From contig OY970309.1 in the NCBI GenBank assembly GCA_963716395.1, forward strand, positions 448,001-512,000: 64,000 bases of DNA, in the 5' to 3' direction. This DNA comes from an uncultured Fibrobacteria bacterium (lineage in GTDB: Bacteria; Fibrobacterota; Fibrobacteria; UBA11236). The notes beneath the pieces were generated by a model. It worked only from the letters and a program-made list of their open reading frames with translations. It had not been told where the DNA came from and ran no database searches. Both the position numbers and the translations under genes were made by a program. Each line of letters opens with the position of its first letter. The stretch's first letter is position 1. Positions 1-9,205 of this stretch are shown here, piece by piece.

Positions 1-55
1 GGAGATCCAGTCTTTTGTTACCGCCAAGGGCGTCATTGAATCAAGGGCGGATTGA
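1..55 (+). CDS. 3' end of an upstream gene, possibly an acyl carrier protein (partial)
   Basis: Frame 2 reads EIQSFVTAKGVIESRAD then TGA (53-55), 3 nt before the next ATG. The ACP guess rests on helix-like character and FkbH context only. Confidence 0.3.
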   Translation, partial: EIQSFVTAKGVIESRAD

Positions 56-58
56 CGC

Positions 59-1240
59 ATGGAGATTTTATCCAAAACTCTAAAACCGCAGGATATCAAA
101 ATTGGACTAAAACATCGGTTTGGCGTGTTAATTACGGAAAAAGATATACGTGAATTTGCCGACATGTCCGGCGATTTAAATCCATTGCATACGGATGATG
201 AATTCAACAAATCCCTTGGAAATAAAACGATTGTCGCACATGGAGCCATTCAACAAATGTTCATTAGCCGTATGGCGGGAATGTATCTTCCCGGGACTTA
301 TTGTGTGATAAAAAAAATTGAGACGGACTATTTATCACCAATCTTCCCGCCAAGCTCTTTAGTCATTGAGTCTGAAGTTATCAAATGGGAATTCGATAAA
401 TATGATGGCGAACTAAGCGTTAAAGTGAAATTCGAAGACACTAATCACCTAGTTTCTGCATCGAGAGTTCGCTTTTCACTTACTTATCCTGCGCCTAATG
501 AAACGGACAAGGCCTATGAAAGTGAAAATTCAAAGGTCGCACCCTTAGCTTCCAATGACACATCTAAGCCAAGAATTTTATTGATCGGCGGAAGCGGAGG
601 CATTGGAAGGAAATTAGCGGAAAGCCTATCCGCTTTTCAAATAGTTTGCGCCAGTAGGAGTGATACCGCGGATCTTCAATATGACCCCGAAACGGACTCC
701 AAAGAAAGACTAGTTTCGTATAGTAAAGAAAACCGTGTATACGGAATTGTGCATCTTGCTTCAAAGCTGCCAGTGAAGGCCTCGCCCTCATCGCTTGATA
801 TTATAGACATGTGCCAAAATTTGATGGTTCATTTGAACCCTTTAAGAGATCTTTGTGCAGCTAAAAAAAATGGCGATCTACCATCCCTTGCCAGGATCGT
901 TTCCTTTGGTTCGTCGTGGAGTAGAGAGCACTTTTTTGAATACGGTTTCGAGTCATACGGTTATGTTAAGCTTATTTGTAAAAAGTTCGTTCAGGATTTG
1001 TCCAGAGAAATGGCAATGACCGATAAATTTACCATCAATATGATTTCGCCTTCAGAGGTACCGGTAGGAATGAATGCATCGATGAATGAAAGATCCTTAT
1101 TTCTCCTCGGCGCAAAATTGCCAACAGGAAAAACCACAACCATGCATGAAGTGAGTAATGTGCTTGAGTTTCTGCTCGCGGAAAAATCCGAGTCAATCAA
1201 GGGGCAAGAAATTCTAATCGTTGGAGCCAAGGTAAAGTAA
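59..1240 (+). CDS. MaoC-family dehydratase fused to an SDR oxidoreductase
   Basis: N-term FADMSGDLNPLHTD...VAHG (MaoC hydratase motif); C-term IGGSGGIG Rossmann motif, YGYVK (YxxxK) and IKGQEILIVG ending. Confidence 0.85.
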   Translation: MEILSKTLKPQDIKIGLKHRFGVLITEKDIREFADMSGDLNPLHTDDEFNKSLGNKTIVAHGAIQQMFISRMAGMYLPGTYCVIKKIETDYLSPIFPPSSLVIESEVIKWEFDKYDGELSVKVKFEDTNHLVSASRVRFSLTYPAPNETDKAYESENSKVAPLASNDTSKPRILLIGGSGGIGRKLAESLSAFQIVCASRSDTADLQYDPETDSKERLVSYSKENRVYGIVHLASKLPVKASPSSLDIIDMCQNLMVHLNPLRDLCAAKKNGDLPSLARIVSFGSSWSREHFFEYGFESYGYVKLICKKFVQDLSREMAMTDKFTINMISPSEVPVGMNASMNERSLFLLGAKLPTGKTTTMHEVSNVLEFLLAEKSESIKGQEILIVGAKVK

Positions 1241-2920
1241 ATGAAGCTTACTGAGGCTCTCGGCGTGATCCGTAATTTACCTAATTCTAAAATTCATTCG
1301 CACAAAACAATTAATCTGTTGTCTGACCAGCAATTGACTCAATTCAAGCTGGTCTTGCGGGCAAAAAATATTTTGAACGGCGTTGAAGTTGAATTTATCG
1401 ATGAAGCATACGGCAGGTTGATCGGTAAATGTTATGCTTCGGAAAAATCGGATGTTAACATCATTGTAGTGGATAGTTATTCGCTCGGTTTATCGTTGTT
1501 GGTAAGAGGCGGGTGGAAACTTAAAAACGATAAGAAGATAGAACAGGAGATGGCGACCTACCTGACAGCTATTAAATCGTTTTGCGGTGTACAAAAAACC
1601 CCAACTATCATAGTGCCTATTTTTATTCGGGCCGACGTCCTGAATATTCTTGAACGTTCTCAATTCACCTCAAATCAAATTCGTTGGCTCAATTTTTTAA
1701 TGGAACTCAGCACAATAAAGGAATTCGAATACACTTATGTGCTGAACGGTAGCGAGGTGTCCGTGGACGAGATGCGTTTTCTCGAAACAGGTGAATTTTT
1801 AACCGGAGAGAGCCTAAGCTTAATCGTAGAGAAAATTTCGCCCAATTTGGACTGGATCTTTCTCCATCGCTTTCCGAATGAATGTGGCAAGGAAATTAAG
1901 CTGCTGATAACGGATCTTGACAACACTTTTTGGTCTGGGATCATAGGTGACGACGGAAAAGAGAATCTTTTTTTTCAAGAAACGCATAAAGGCAAAAGGC
2001 ACTGGGTGTTTCAGAAGTTCTTGAACTATTTGCATCATAACGGGATCGTTATTGCAGCTTGCTCAAAAAACGATCCCGGTGTGATTGAAGATGCATTCAA
2101 CTCACTCTCTTTCGTTTTCCCATCCAACCACTTCTCATTGGTCAAGGCAAATTGGCTTCCCAAATCGATCAACGTCTCGGACATATGCAAGGATCTGAAT
2201 ATTTTACATGATAATGTGCTTTTTATTGATGATAACGAGCTTGAATTGGCTGAGGTCAAACTTAAGCTTGAATCAATACAAACACTCAAATTTCCGGACA
2301 AAAAGGAAAACTTTGACGATTTTTTGCAAAAACTGTCGTCGTGGTTTACCCGAATAAAGCCGATGATATCCGTGCAAGAAAGAATGGATAGTTATCAAGC
2401 GATGCAAGACTTCACTCGGGAAAAAAACGCCTCGCAAAATAATGATGAAAAGTTTATGGCTTATTTGGACTCCCTCCAAATGGAAATTGACGTCGCCAAA
2501 GTAAGCGTCAATACGAAAGAACGATGTTTTGAATTGATTAACAAAACAAATCAGTTTAATTTGAACGGCAAAAGATATACGGAACAGGATCTGGAGGAAC
2601 TTAAGGTCTATATGTATTCTGTTTCTCTTAAAGATCGCGTAACCGATCACGGGATCATTGCTGTTGTGGTTATCCAGAACGGAATATGTGAGCAATTCGT
2701 GCTTTCTTGCCGCGTATTTTCACGTTTTATAGAACATGCAATTGTGGGTCTATTTCAAGATGAAATTAAAAAAATCAGGCTGATTAAGACAGAGAAGAAT
2801 ACCTATGCGCTTGATTTTATTACGAAGTGTTGCAGTGTGGAACCGAATTCGGAAATTGAAATTTATCCAGTATCAATAAAGCCAAATCCGTGTTTCCCAG
2901 GAAAAATAAAATTGTCTTAA
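1241..2920 (+). CDS. FkbH-like HAD-IIIC protein (glyceryl transferase/phosphatase)
   Basis: DLDNTFWSG, CSKND, KANWLPKS, FIDDN, KTNQFN and LSCRV are FkbH-family motifs; ATG directly follows the previous stop. Confidence 0.9.
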   Translation: MKLTEALGVIRNLPNSKIHSHKTINLLSDQQLTQFKLVLRAKNILNGVEVEFIDEAYGRLIGKCYASEKSDVNIIVVDSYSLGLSLLVRGGWKLKNDKKIEQEMATYLTAIKSFCGVQKTPTIIVPIFIRADVLNILERSQFTSNQIRWLNFLMELSTIKEFEYTYVLNGSEVSVDEMRFLETGEFLTGESLSLIVEKISPNLDWIFLHRFPNECGKEIKLLITDLDNTFWSGIIGDDGKENLFFQETHKGKRHWVFQKFLNYLHHNGIVIAACSKNDPGVIEDAFNSLSFVFPSNHFSLVKANWLPKSINVSDICKDLNILHDNVLFIDDNELELAEVKLKLESIQTLKFPDKKENFDDFLQKLSSWFTRIKPMISVQERMDSYQAMQDFTREKNASQNNDEKFMAYLDSLQMEIDVAKVSVNTKERCFELINKTNQFNLNGKRYTEQDLEELKVYMYSVSLKDRVTDHGIIAVVVIQNGICEQFVLSCRVFSRFIEHAIVGLFQDEIKKIRLIKTEKNTYALDFITKCCSVEPNSEIEIYPVSIKPNPCFPGKIKLS

Positions 2921-3022
2921 TGTTTTGAAAGAAATGGTTAGTTGTTGGTATTTGGGATCGGCGACGCTACTCCAGGAGGAGGGGGCGAACTTGGCTGTAA
3001 ATTCACATTGGGTTGGGATGGT

Positions 3023-4714
3023 ATGGGCCGGCTGACCATACAACTCAAATACATTCTCTCTCTACTCCGCTTTGGCTTTCAGGAAAAGCCCGTGTTGTGG
3101 CTGTCAATGGTATTGACCTTTGTGACTTCCGGATTGGATATACTCAGCATTAGCATGTTGTATCCGCTGTCTCAGGCAGCGCAACACCTCCCTCTGAACA
3201 AGAATGGTTTTTATGTCCGACACTTCGGCGAAAAGCTGCTCTCCATCAAATTCCTGCTACTGACCTTCCTATTCCTTTTAGCCTTGCGCATTACTTCCAA
3301 CCTGATTAACCAAGGCATTAGCGTCCGCGCGGGAAAATCCCTACACGCCATCGTCAGCTCCAGAATTTTCGGCAGGGTAATTTCCGACATTCCTTTGTCG
3401 CGATTGAACTCCGAGGGCATTGGTTATTTCAGCAGTTTGGCCGGTGACGAATCCTTCCGTGCCAGTGTCACTATCATCAATTTATCGCAGTTCTTCAATC
3501 TCTTCTGCATCACGGTGACCTATTACGTAGCCATCGCCGTATTTTCCATAAAGGCTTTTGTTTTCATCACCTTATTCTTGCTCGTATGTTTTCTCTTTAT
3601 GCTCACCGTGTTTAAAAGGATCCATAAACTCGGTGTCAAACAGGCGGAGTTGTCCCGTATCGGTAACCACGCTTTTGTTGACTCGGTCAACAACATCAAA
3701 TCTATCCGCTGCTTTAATGGGGAAAAGCTGGTGCTGAACAATTACAGCCGAATAGTCTTTGAATATGTCGGTGTTCTCTTCCAGGCCGATTTTTTCCAAG
3801 TATTTCTGCGTTTGGTTCCGGTGATTCTTCTACTTATTTTCGTAGCAGTGTATATCCAAATCAACGTAGCGCGCAATCAGGTATTAGACATCGCTTACCT
3901 GATTGCCCTGTTCGGCTTCTTTTCACGTCTTTTTCCTTCACTGGGCTTGTGCCTTAACACAGCCCTCAAGCTTATCAGTGACTCAAAGTCGGGGAAAGAC
4001 GTCGCATCTTTTCTCAAGGTCGAGCCATCGCCGTCCCCAAATTTGGCTCGAACTCAGGGGATCGAGATTCGCGACATTACTTTCGACAATGTGACTTTTG
4101 GATACGACAGGCAGAAGAGGGTGCTGGATAGGTTCACCTACCATTTCTCGGCAGGTCGCTCATATGTTATAATCGGTCCTTCTGGTGCGGGAAAATCGAC
4201 CCTTTTGGATCTTCTGCTGAAGTTTTATCAGGCTGATTCTGGCCGGATCGCGGTGAACGGCCGACCCCTCGACGAATTCAGCGACTCGGACATCCGTAAG
4301 CGTATCATCCTGATAGAACAGCGCGTGACAATTTTCACGGAATCGGTCCTAATGAACATTACCTTGGGTGCCGAAGCTTCCTTGGAGCAAGTACGGAAGG
4401 CCTGCAAGTTGGCCAAGATCGATACATTCATTGAGAGCCTGCCGAAGAAATACGATTCTACCATCCAATACATGGGTGCCAATCTGTCCGGCGGGCAGCG
4501 ACAACGCATCGCACTTGCGCGAGCCATTCTACGCGATCCGGATGTGCTGGTATTGGATGAAAGTCTAAGTGCGCTCGACGTGGGAACCAAAGAATCCATC
4601 TTTGCTGACTTGATGGAGCTTTTCAAGAACAAGATTTTGATTAGCGTTTCACATGATCCTTGGATTATAAATAAGTCCGATTTCGTCCTAGACTTTGGGA
4701 ATTTGAAAACGTAA
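3023..4714 (+). CDS. ABC transporter permease/ATPase (MsbA/PglK-like glycan flippase)
   Basis: About 6 TM segments, Walker A GPSGAGKST, LSGGQ signature, Walker B LVLDE; start set at ATG 3023 (track gives TTG 2942). Confidence 0.85.
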   Translation: MGRLTIQLKYILSLLRFGFQEKPVLWLSMVLTFVTSGLDILSISMLYPLSQAAQHLPLNKNGFYVRHFGEKLLSIKFLLLTFLFLLALRITSNLINQGISVRAGKSLHAIVSSRIFGRVISDIPLSRLNSEGIGYFSSLAGDESFRASVTIINLSQFFNLFCITVTYYVAIAVFSIKAFVFITLFLLVCFLFMLTVFKRIHKLGVKQAELSRIGNHAFVDSVNNIKSIRCFNGEKLVLNNYSRIVFEYVGVLFQADFFQVFLRLVPVILLLIFVAVYIQINVARNQVLDIAYLIALFGFFSRLFPSLGLCLNTALKLISDSKSGKDVASFLKVEPSPSPNLARTQGIEIRDITFDNVTFGYDRQKRVLDRFTYHFSAGRSYVIIGPSGAGKSTLLDLLLKFYQADSGRIAVNGRPLDEFSDSDIRKRIILIEQRVTIFTESVLMNITLGAEASLEQVRKACKLAKIDTFIESLPKKYDSTIQYMGANLSGGQRQRIALARAILRDPDVLVLDESLSALDVGTKESIFADLMELFKNKILISVSHDPWIINKSDFVLDFGNLKT

Positions 4715-4718
4715 CATG

Positions 4719-4747
4719 GCTGAGGGGTTGGGCTATATACCCTCAGT
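4719..4747. terminator. Hairpin between convergent genes
   Basis: CTGAGGG...CCCTCAG inverted repeat between the stops at 4714 and 4780. Confidence 0.35.
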
Positions 4748-4779
4748 GTTAAGTGGCTTCGCTGGTTCTTTGGAAAAAT

Positions 4780-5832
4780 TCAGGCTGATTGAAATTTTGA
4801 ATAAACACGAGGGAATTTCTCACGCGCTATGGCAAGTTCGGTAACCGTATTTGCGGGTATAATTCCTTGTTCAAATTTGGCCCCGAAAAGGCTATCGCAA
4901 AACTCCATTTGAAATATCAGTCTATCTCCATTTTCGACCTGCTTGCCTTTGTGAAGCCCTCGGGTGTCCTCGGCAATAATTGTCCCACGCGGCGCGGAGA
5001 ATTCGATGAAATCTCGCTTATTTGGGAAATGAGCAGCTACCTCCTCATCCGTGAGTCGCTGGTACCCTTTTCGTAAAAGCGTGCTTGGAATACCACCGGT
5101 GCGATGGGATTTCGCAATAAAGCAATGCGGGCCGCTTTCAGTAGTAACATCGGTGATATAGAAAAAAAACTTCAGCCATTTGATGCGATCCATATCGAAG
5201 TGGTATAACTGTGCTGCGTCATCATCCGGCTCATCCCCATATTTGGTGTGCCACCAGAATGCCACAATATCCAAAATTGGCTTGCAATTCAAATAAGCTT
5301 GCGCAACTGAGATTAGAGATGTGTCGGCAACTAAGCTCTGGATTTCCGAGCATTCCAAGCTTACGTCTTCCGCATAATCGTAACGCACCCCTTTTGGATT
5401 CTCCCTATCGTATTTGGCAGTTGATGCCCCTACACCTTTTTTGAGATTAGTGGTGCAACTACGAATTTTAGCTGGATGTTCCAATGAGAACTCTAACATA
5501 CGCTGGCAAACATTGTCTGGAAGCTTTTGCTCAAAGACATAGTAGCCATTTGTGCGAATATCACTCACAATACTTTTGATTTTCTGCGGTTCCAATTTTC
5601 CTAACACACCACTGGCATCGCTAATTGGATAAGGCTTGTTCCCCAGTATCGCAATTCGGTGAGCAAAATCATTGGATTTACCTCGGGTGAGACAGAATAA
5701 GGCGACCATGCTTTGATATGCATTCGGAGGGTTTTTTTTAGAGAGGAGGTGGATGAAGTAGCCATATGCCATTCGAATTGCGAGCACAGGGCCGCGCAGA
5801 TATTTCTTTGTCAATTCTTTGAACAAGCTCAT
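4780..5832 (-). CDS. Phytanoyl-CoA dioxygenase (PhyH)-like 2OG-Fe(II) oxygenase
   Basis: AQLYHFD (HxD), KFFFYITDV, GPHCFIAKSH, GTIIAEDTRGLHKG (distal His) and following Arg. Confidence 0.8.
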   Translation of the reverse strand: MSLFKELTKKYLRGPVLAIRMAYGYFIHLLSKKNPPNAYQSMVALFCLTRGKSNDFAHRIAILGNKPYPISDASGVLGKLEPQKIKSIVSDIRTNGYYVFEQKLPDNVCQRMLEFSLEHPAKIRSCTTNLKKGVGASTAKYDRENPKGVRYDYAEDVSLECSEIQSLVADTSLISVAQAYLNCKPILDIVAFWWHTKYGDEPDDDAAQLYHFDMDRIKWLKFFFYITDVTTESGPHCFIAKSHRTGGIPSTLLRKGYQRLTDEEVAAHFPNKRDFIEFSAPRGTIIAEDTRGLHKGKQVENGDRLIFQMEFCDSLFGAKFEQGIIPANTVTELAIAREKFPRVYSKFQSA

Positions 5833-5883
5833 AGATATTTCATAAGGGTTTGGATTCGTTTGCTTCGAAGTTAGTGGGATGAA

Positions 5884-6423
5884 TTATTTTCCTATTAGGT
5901 GTTCTTTGGAAAGCAAGGAAAGAATCCTGGAATCCCAGAACCGGCCGTCATAGAAGTAGTTCTCACGGAGCAGGCCATCTTGGTGAAAACCAAATTTGTC
6001 GTATAGCGCCTTTTTCCTGGAATCAAATTCGTATATCTCCGTCCAGATCTTGTTCAAGCAGAGCTCCTTGAATCCGTAGTCGAAAAGTAATCGACAGCTC
6101 TCCTCGGCATAGCCCTGATCGTCGATATAGGCCTCTTTCCACCCAATATACAGGGAGAGATCGGCATGCCGATGGACCCAGTTTATATAAACAAAGCCAC
6201 AGCATCCGAGCAATACATTGTCTTCCAGCCTGCGGATTGAAAACATCATGGTGGCGGGATCTTTCATGACCTTTTCGTTAAACCACGCCTCTTGGTGAGT
6301 CATGTTCAATTCGCGATATTCGCGGAAGTGCTTGCGAAAATCCGGATGGTTGCGCCAATCCCGGAGTTGCCCGAGATCGCCCTTTTCGACGGCGGCCAAT
6401 CCAATCAGTTTCCCCTTTAGCAT
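5884..6423 (-). CDS. GNAT N-acetyltransferase (PseH/RimJ-like)
   Basis: LRDWRN...INWVHRHADLSLYIG...LNKIWTEIYEF...YDKFGF..DGLLR; ATG 6423 just after the neuB stop, with AGAGG upstream. Confidence 0.85.
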   Translation of the reverse strand: MLKGKLIGLAAVEKGDLGQLRDWRNHPDFRKHFREYRELNMTHQEAWFNEKVMKDPATMMFSIRRLEDNVLLGCCGFVYINWVHRHADLSLYIGWKEAYIDDQGYAEESCRLLFDYGFKELCLNKIWTEIYEFDSRKKALYDKFGFHQDGLLRENYFYDGRFWDSRILSLLSKEHLIGK

Positions 6424-6424
6424 T

Positions 6425-7492
6425 TTAGACATCCTCTTTTCTGATGTAATCATCCGCATGGACGGTTCTTTTCAGGATTTTGCCGACCAGTTTCTTTGAC
6501 TCATAGGGAGCCATCCCGTCCCGGTTTCTCGGCCGCAGCGGAATAAGATCCTCTTCTCTCAACGCATGCCCCGCGGGCAAATCCTTCGTGAACCATAAAG
6601 ACCTTCTTTGTACGACCGCGGTATCGGTTTCATTGGCTTCGATGCGTTTAATTCCATCACCCAAAGCCAGAAAGACTTCATTGGCGCAGGCGACCATGTC
6701 TTTCCAGCTTTGCGGGTTCATCGCGAATTTATGATCGGGCCCTTGGCGAGTGTTGTCGTCCGTGAAATGTTTTTCGAAAACCCTGGCTCCCAGGGCAACC
6801 GCTCCGGCGACGGTGGCGTGTCCGTAGGTATGATCCGAAAGGCCCAGAACTAGACTCGGGTATAGTTCGCGGTACGTTTTCAATACGTTCAAGTTGATGT
6901 ACCGGAAATTATCCCTGCTTGCGGTGTAGTTGGTATTGCATTGCATCAATACCACATCCTTTGTTCGCTGCAACAGGACGTCCAACGCCATTTTGACTTC
7001 ATACAACGTCGATGCTCCGGTCGCGATCAAGACGGGCTTCCCTTTCCCCGCGATGTGGTCGATGATCGCATGCCAGGTCACGTCTCCCGATCCGATTTTA
7101 TAAACGTTCACAAAGGAGTCTATGTGATTGACCGACTCGAAATCATAAGGGCTCGAAAAGTATTCGATTCCCACCTCGTCGCATTTTTCCCTCAACTTCG
7201 CCGTCCACTCGTAGGAAACACTGGCGTCTTCGTACACCTCGAAAACGGATTTCTTCCACTCCGCCTGGTGTGAGGATTTGCCGCGCAGAGAATCGAATCC
7301 AGCCTTGCTCACGATTTTGGCGGCCTTAAAGTTTTGAAATTTGGCTGCGTCGGAGCCCGCTTCTTTGGCCAACTCGATCAATTTGTAAGCGCGGTCCAAG
7401 CTGCCGTCGTGATTGGCGGCGATATCGGCGACGAAATACAAGGGGCCGTCATCGCCGATGACCGTATTTCCGATTTTAATTTTGTGTGTCAT
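6425..7492 (-). CDS. Nonulosonate synthase (NeuB/PseI family)
   Basis: ADIAANHDG, AAKFQ, KIGSGD, GLSDHT, EKHFT, GPDH and C-terminal SAF domain; start at MTHKIKIG. Confidence 0.92.
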   Translation of the reverse strand: MTHKIKIGNTVIGDDGPLYFVADIAANHDGSLDRAYKLIELAKEAGSDAAKFQNFKAAKIVSKAGFDSLRGKSSHQAEWKKSVFEVYEDASVSYEWTAKLREKCDEVGIEYFSSPYDFESVNHIDSFVNVYKIGSGDVTWHAIIDHIAGKGKPVLIATGASTLYEVKMALDVLLQRTKDVVLMQCNTNYTASRDNFRYINLNVLKTYRELYPSLVLGLSDHTYGHATVAGAVALGARVFEKHFTDDNTRQGPDHKFAMNPQSWKDMVACANEVFLALGDGIKRIEANETDTAVVQRRSLWFTKDLPAGHALREEDLIPLRPRNRDGMAPYESKKLVGKILKRTVHADDYIRKEDV

Positions 7493-8369
7493 TGAAGTCC
7501 CTAAATTTTTCGGCCAGAAGTTCAATCGTATCGCTGGTTGATGGAAGTTTTCGATGCGAAATCGCTTGGTAAAGGGAGGAGTCCAAAGTTTGGTCTTTTG
7601 ATCTCCCTTCCCGGCCCGCAAAATCGTCTATACTTGATTTTTTTATCAACCGGGCGTCCAGCCCGACTTTTTCACAGAGTTTCAGACCGAATTCGAATTT
7701 GGAAACAGGCTCCCTGCCGGTCAAATGAATGATCCCGTTTAAGTTATTGCGCATGACCCATTGGATTTCATCCGCGAAGTGCCAAATGGATATGGGGGTG
7801 AAAATTGCGTCCTGAAATAGAGAAATGGATTCTTGCTTTTGAAGGGATTTGATCAACCATTCGGCAAAACTTTGCCTGCCCTTATTGATGTTTCTCCCGA
7901 CTAAGGTGGTTCGGATCGCACAGTGCGTTCCGCCCGCTTCGGTTATATGCCGTTCCCCAAGCACTTTGGACCCCCCATACACATTCGCAGGGCCAACGGG
8001 ATCCTGCTCGGTTTTCATGCTTCTTCCATCCGGGAATACGGCATCGGACGAGATATAGATTATTCTGGATCCATGTCCGGACGTGAGGAATTTTTTGACC
8101 GACTCGCCGTTCACGGCCAGCGCTTTGGCGGGCTGCTGCTCGCAGAGGTTCACATTGGTGATGGCGGCGCAATGCAGGACGACATCGGGGCGGGCCCACT
8201 TTAGCAAGGCATCATAGGCTTCGTTCTGCAAATCGAACTTCAAATAATTCGTCGCAGGATTATCCGGGAAATCGCTGGAGCCGGTGGCGTACACATCCAT
8301 GGTCTTCTGGTAGAGATTCGCCAAGGTGGCTCCCAACATTCCCGACGCGCCGGTAATCAATATCCTCAT
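7476..8369 (-). CDS. RmlD-like NDP-4-keto-sugar reductase (extended SDR)
   Basis: MRILITGASGMLG, HCAAITNVNLCE, YISSDAVF, YGGSK. Confidence 0.85.
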   Translation of the reverse strand: MRILITGASGMLGATLANLYQKTMDVYATGSSDFPDNPATNYLKFDLQNEAYDALLKWARPDVVLHCAAITNVNLCEQQPAKALAVNGESVKKFLTSGHGSRIIYISSDAVFPDGRSMKTEQDPVGPANVYGGSKVLGERHITEAGGTHCAIRTTLVGRNINKGRQSFAEWLIKSLQKQESISLFQDAIFTPISIWHFADEIQWVMRNNLNGIIHLTGREPVSKFEFGLKLCEKVGLDARLIKKSSIDDFAGREGRSKDQTLDSSLYQAISHRKLPSTSDTIELLAEKFRDFNDTQN

Positions 8370-8401
8370 ACGGAACGCCACCTGAATCCGATGCCGACAG
8401 A

Positions 8402-9115
8402 CTAATTCGCCGGTCGCGTTTTGACAGCGGATCCAAACATCGAGTATTTCAATTCGCAAAGCCGCCAGTCTTCTTCGCTGTCCACGTCCTGAACCCTGGT
8501 TTCAGGAAGCACCATGGTTCCGGAATTATCTGTAAAGAGCCGTTTTTTCGCAAGCGCTTTGGAAACATGCAACCAATAGAATTGTCCGCAATCATGATAT
8601 GCCGGCGGCAAATCCTGCGAGCGGGCTGGATAGTTTTCCGGCCAAATCATGGTGGCCCTATCCCCGGAACGCTGCAAGGCCCTTTGGATGGGGTAGGAAA
8701 ACCGCACCACGGGGAACACCGTGTCGTATCCGCCGCCCTGCAAAAGAGCCAAACCGCTTTTTAAATCGGATTGGCTGATAAGCGGCGCCGTAGGCAGAAT
8801 GCAGCAAGCCAATTCAAATTCCATTCCTGAATTCTTGTAGGCTTGGATAACTTCGGTGACAACCTCTATGAGACCGGCATGATCATTGGATGTTTCCGGG
8901 CTGCGTGGAAAGGGCACAGCAGCGCCGTAGCCAGATGCAACTCGTGAGATTTCGTCGTCATCAGTGGAGACCATAATCTCATCAAACAAGCCTGAGCCTA
9001 ATGCGGTCTCGATTGAATAAGCGAGAATTGGTTTGCCGCAGAAAGAGCGAATATTCTTGCGGGGAATACGTTTACTTCCCCCCCGGGCCGGAATGATGGC
9101 TAATCGTTTACTCAT
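8402..9115 (-). CDS. pseF: Pseudaminic acid cytidylyltransferase
   Basis: IIPARGGSKRIPRKNI, VSTDD, YPIQRAL, RSQDL..AYHDCGQFYW, QDVD...DW. Confidence 0.9.
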   Translation of the reverse strand: MSKRLAIIPARGGSKRIPRKNIRSFCGKPILAYSIETALGSGLFDEIMVSTDDDEISRVASGYGAAVPFPRSPETSNDHAGLIEVVTEVIQAYKNSGMEFELACCILPTAPLISQSDLKSGLALLQGGGYDTVFPVVRFSYPIQRALQRSGDRATMIWPENYPARSQDLPPAYHDCGQFYWLHVSKALAKKRLFTDNSGTMVLPETRVQDVDSEEDWRLCELKYSMFGSAVKTRPAN

Positions 9116-9205
9116 TTATCTGGAGCGGAGGGATGTAGAAAATAATCGGGGCGCACTTTCTGCTTCCCTTTGATTGCGGCGGAATGAATATGCTGTATCG
9201 CCCCA

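Noticed and set aside
9116-9205. Remnant of pseC between pseB and pseF
   Set aside because: Only a weak FIP tripeptide in a short frame; not supportable.
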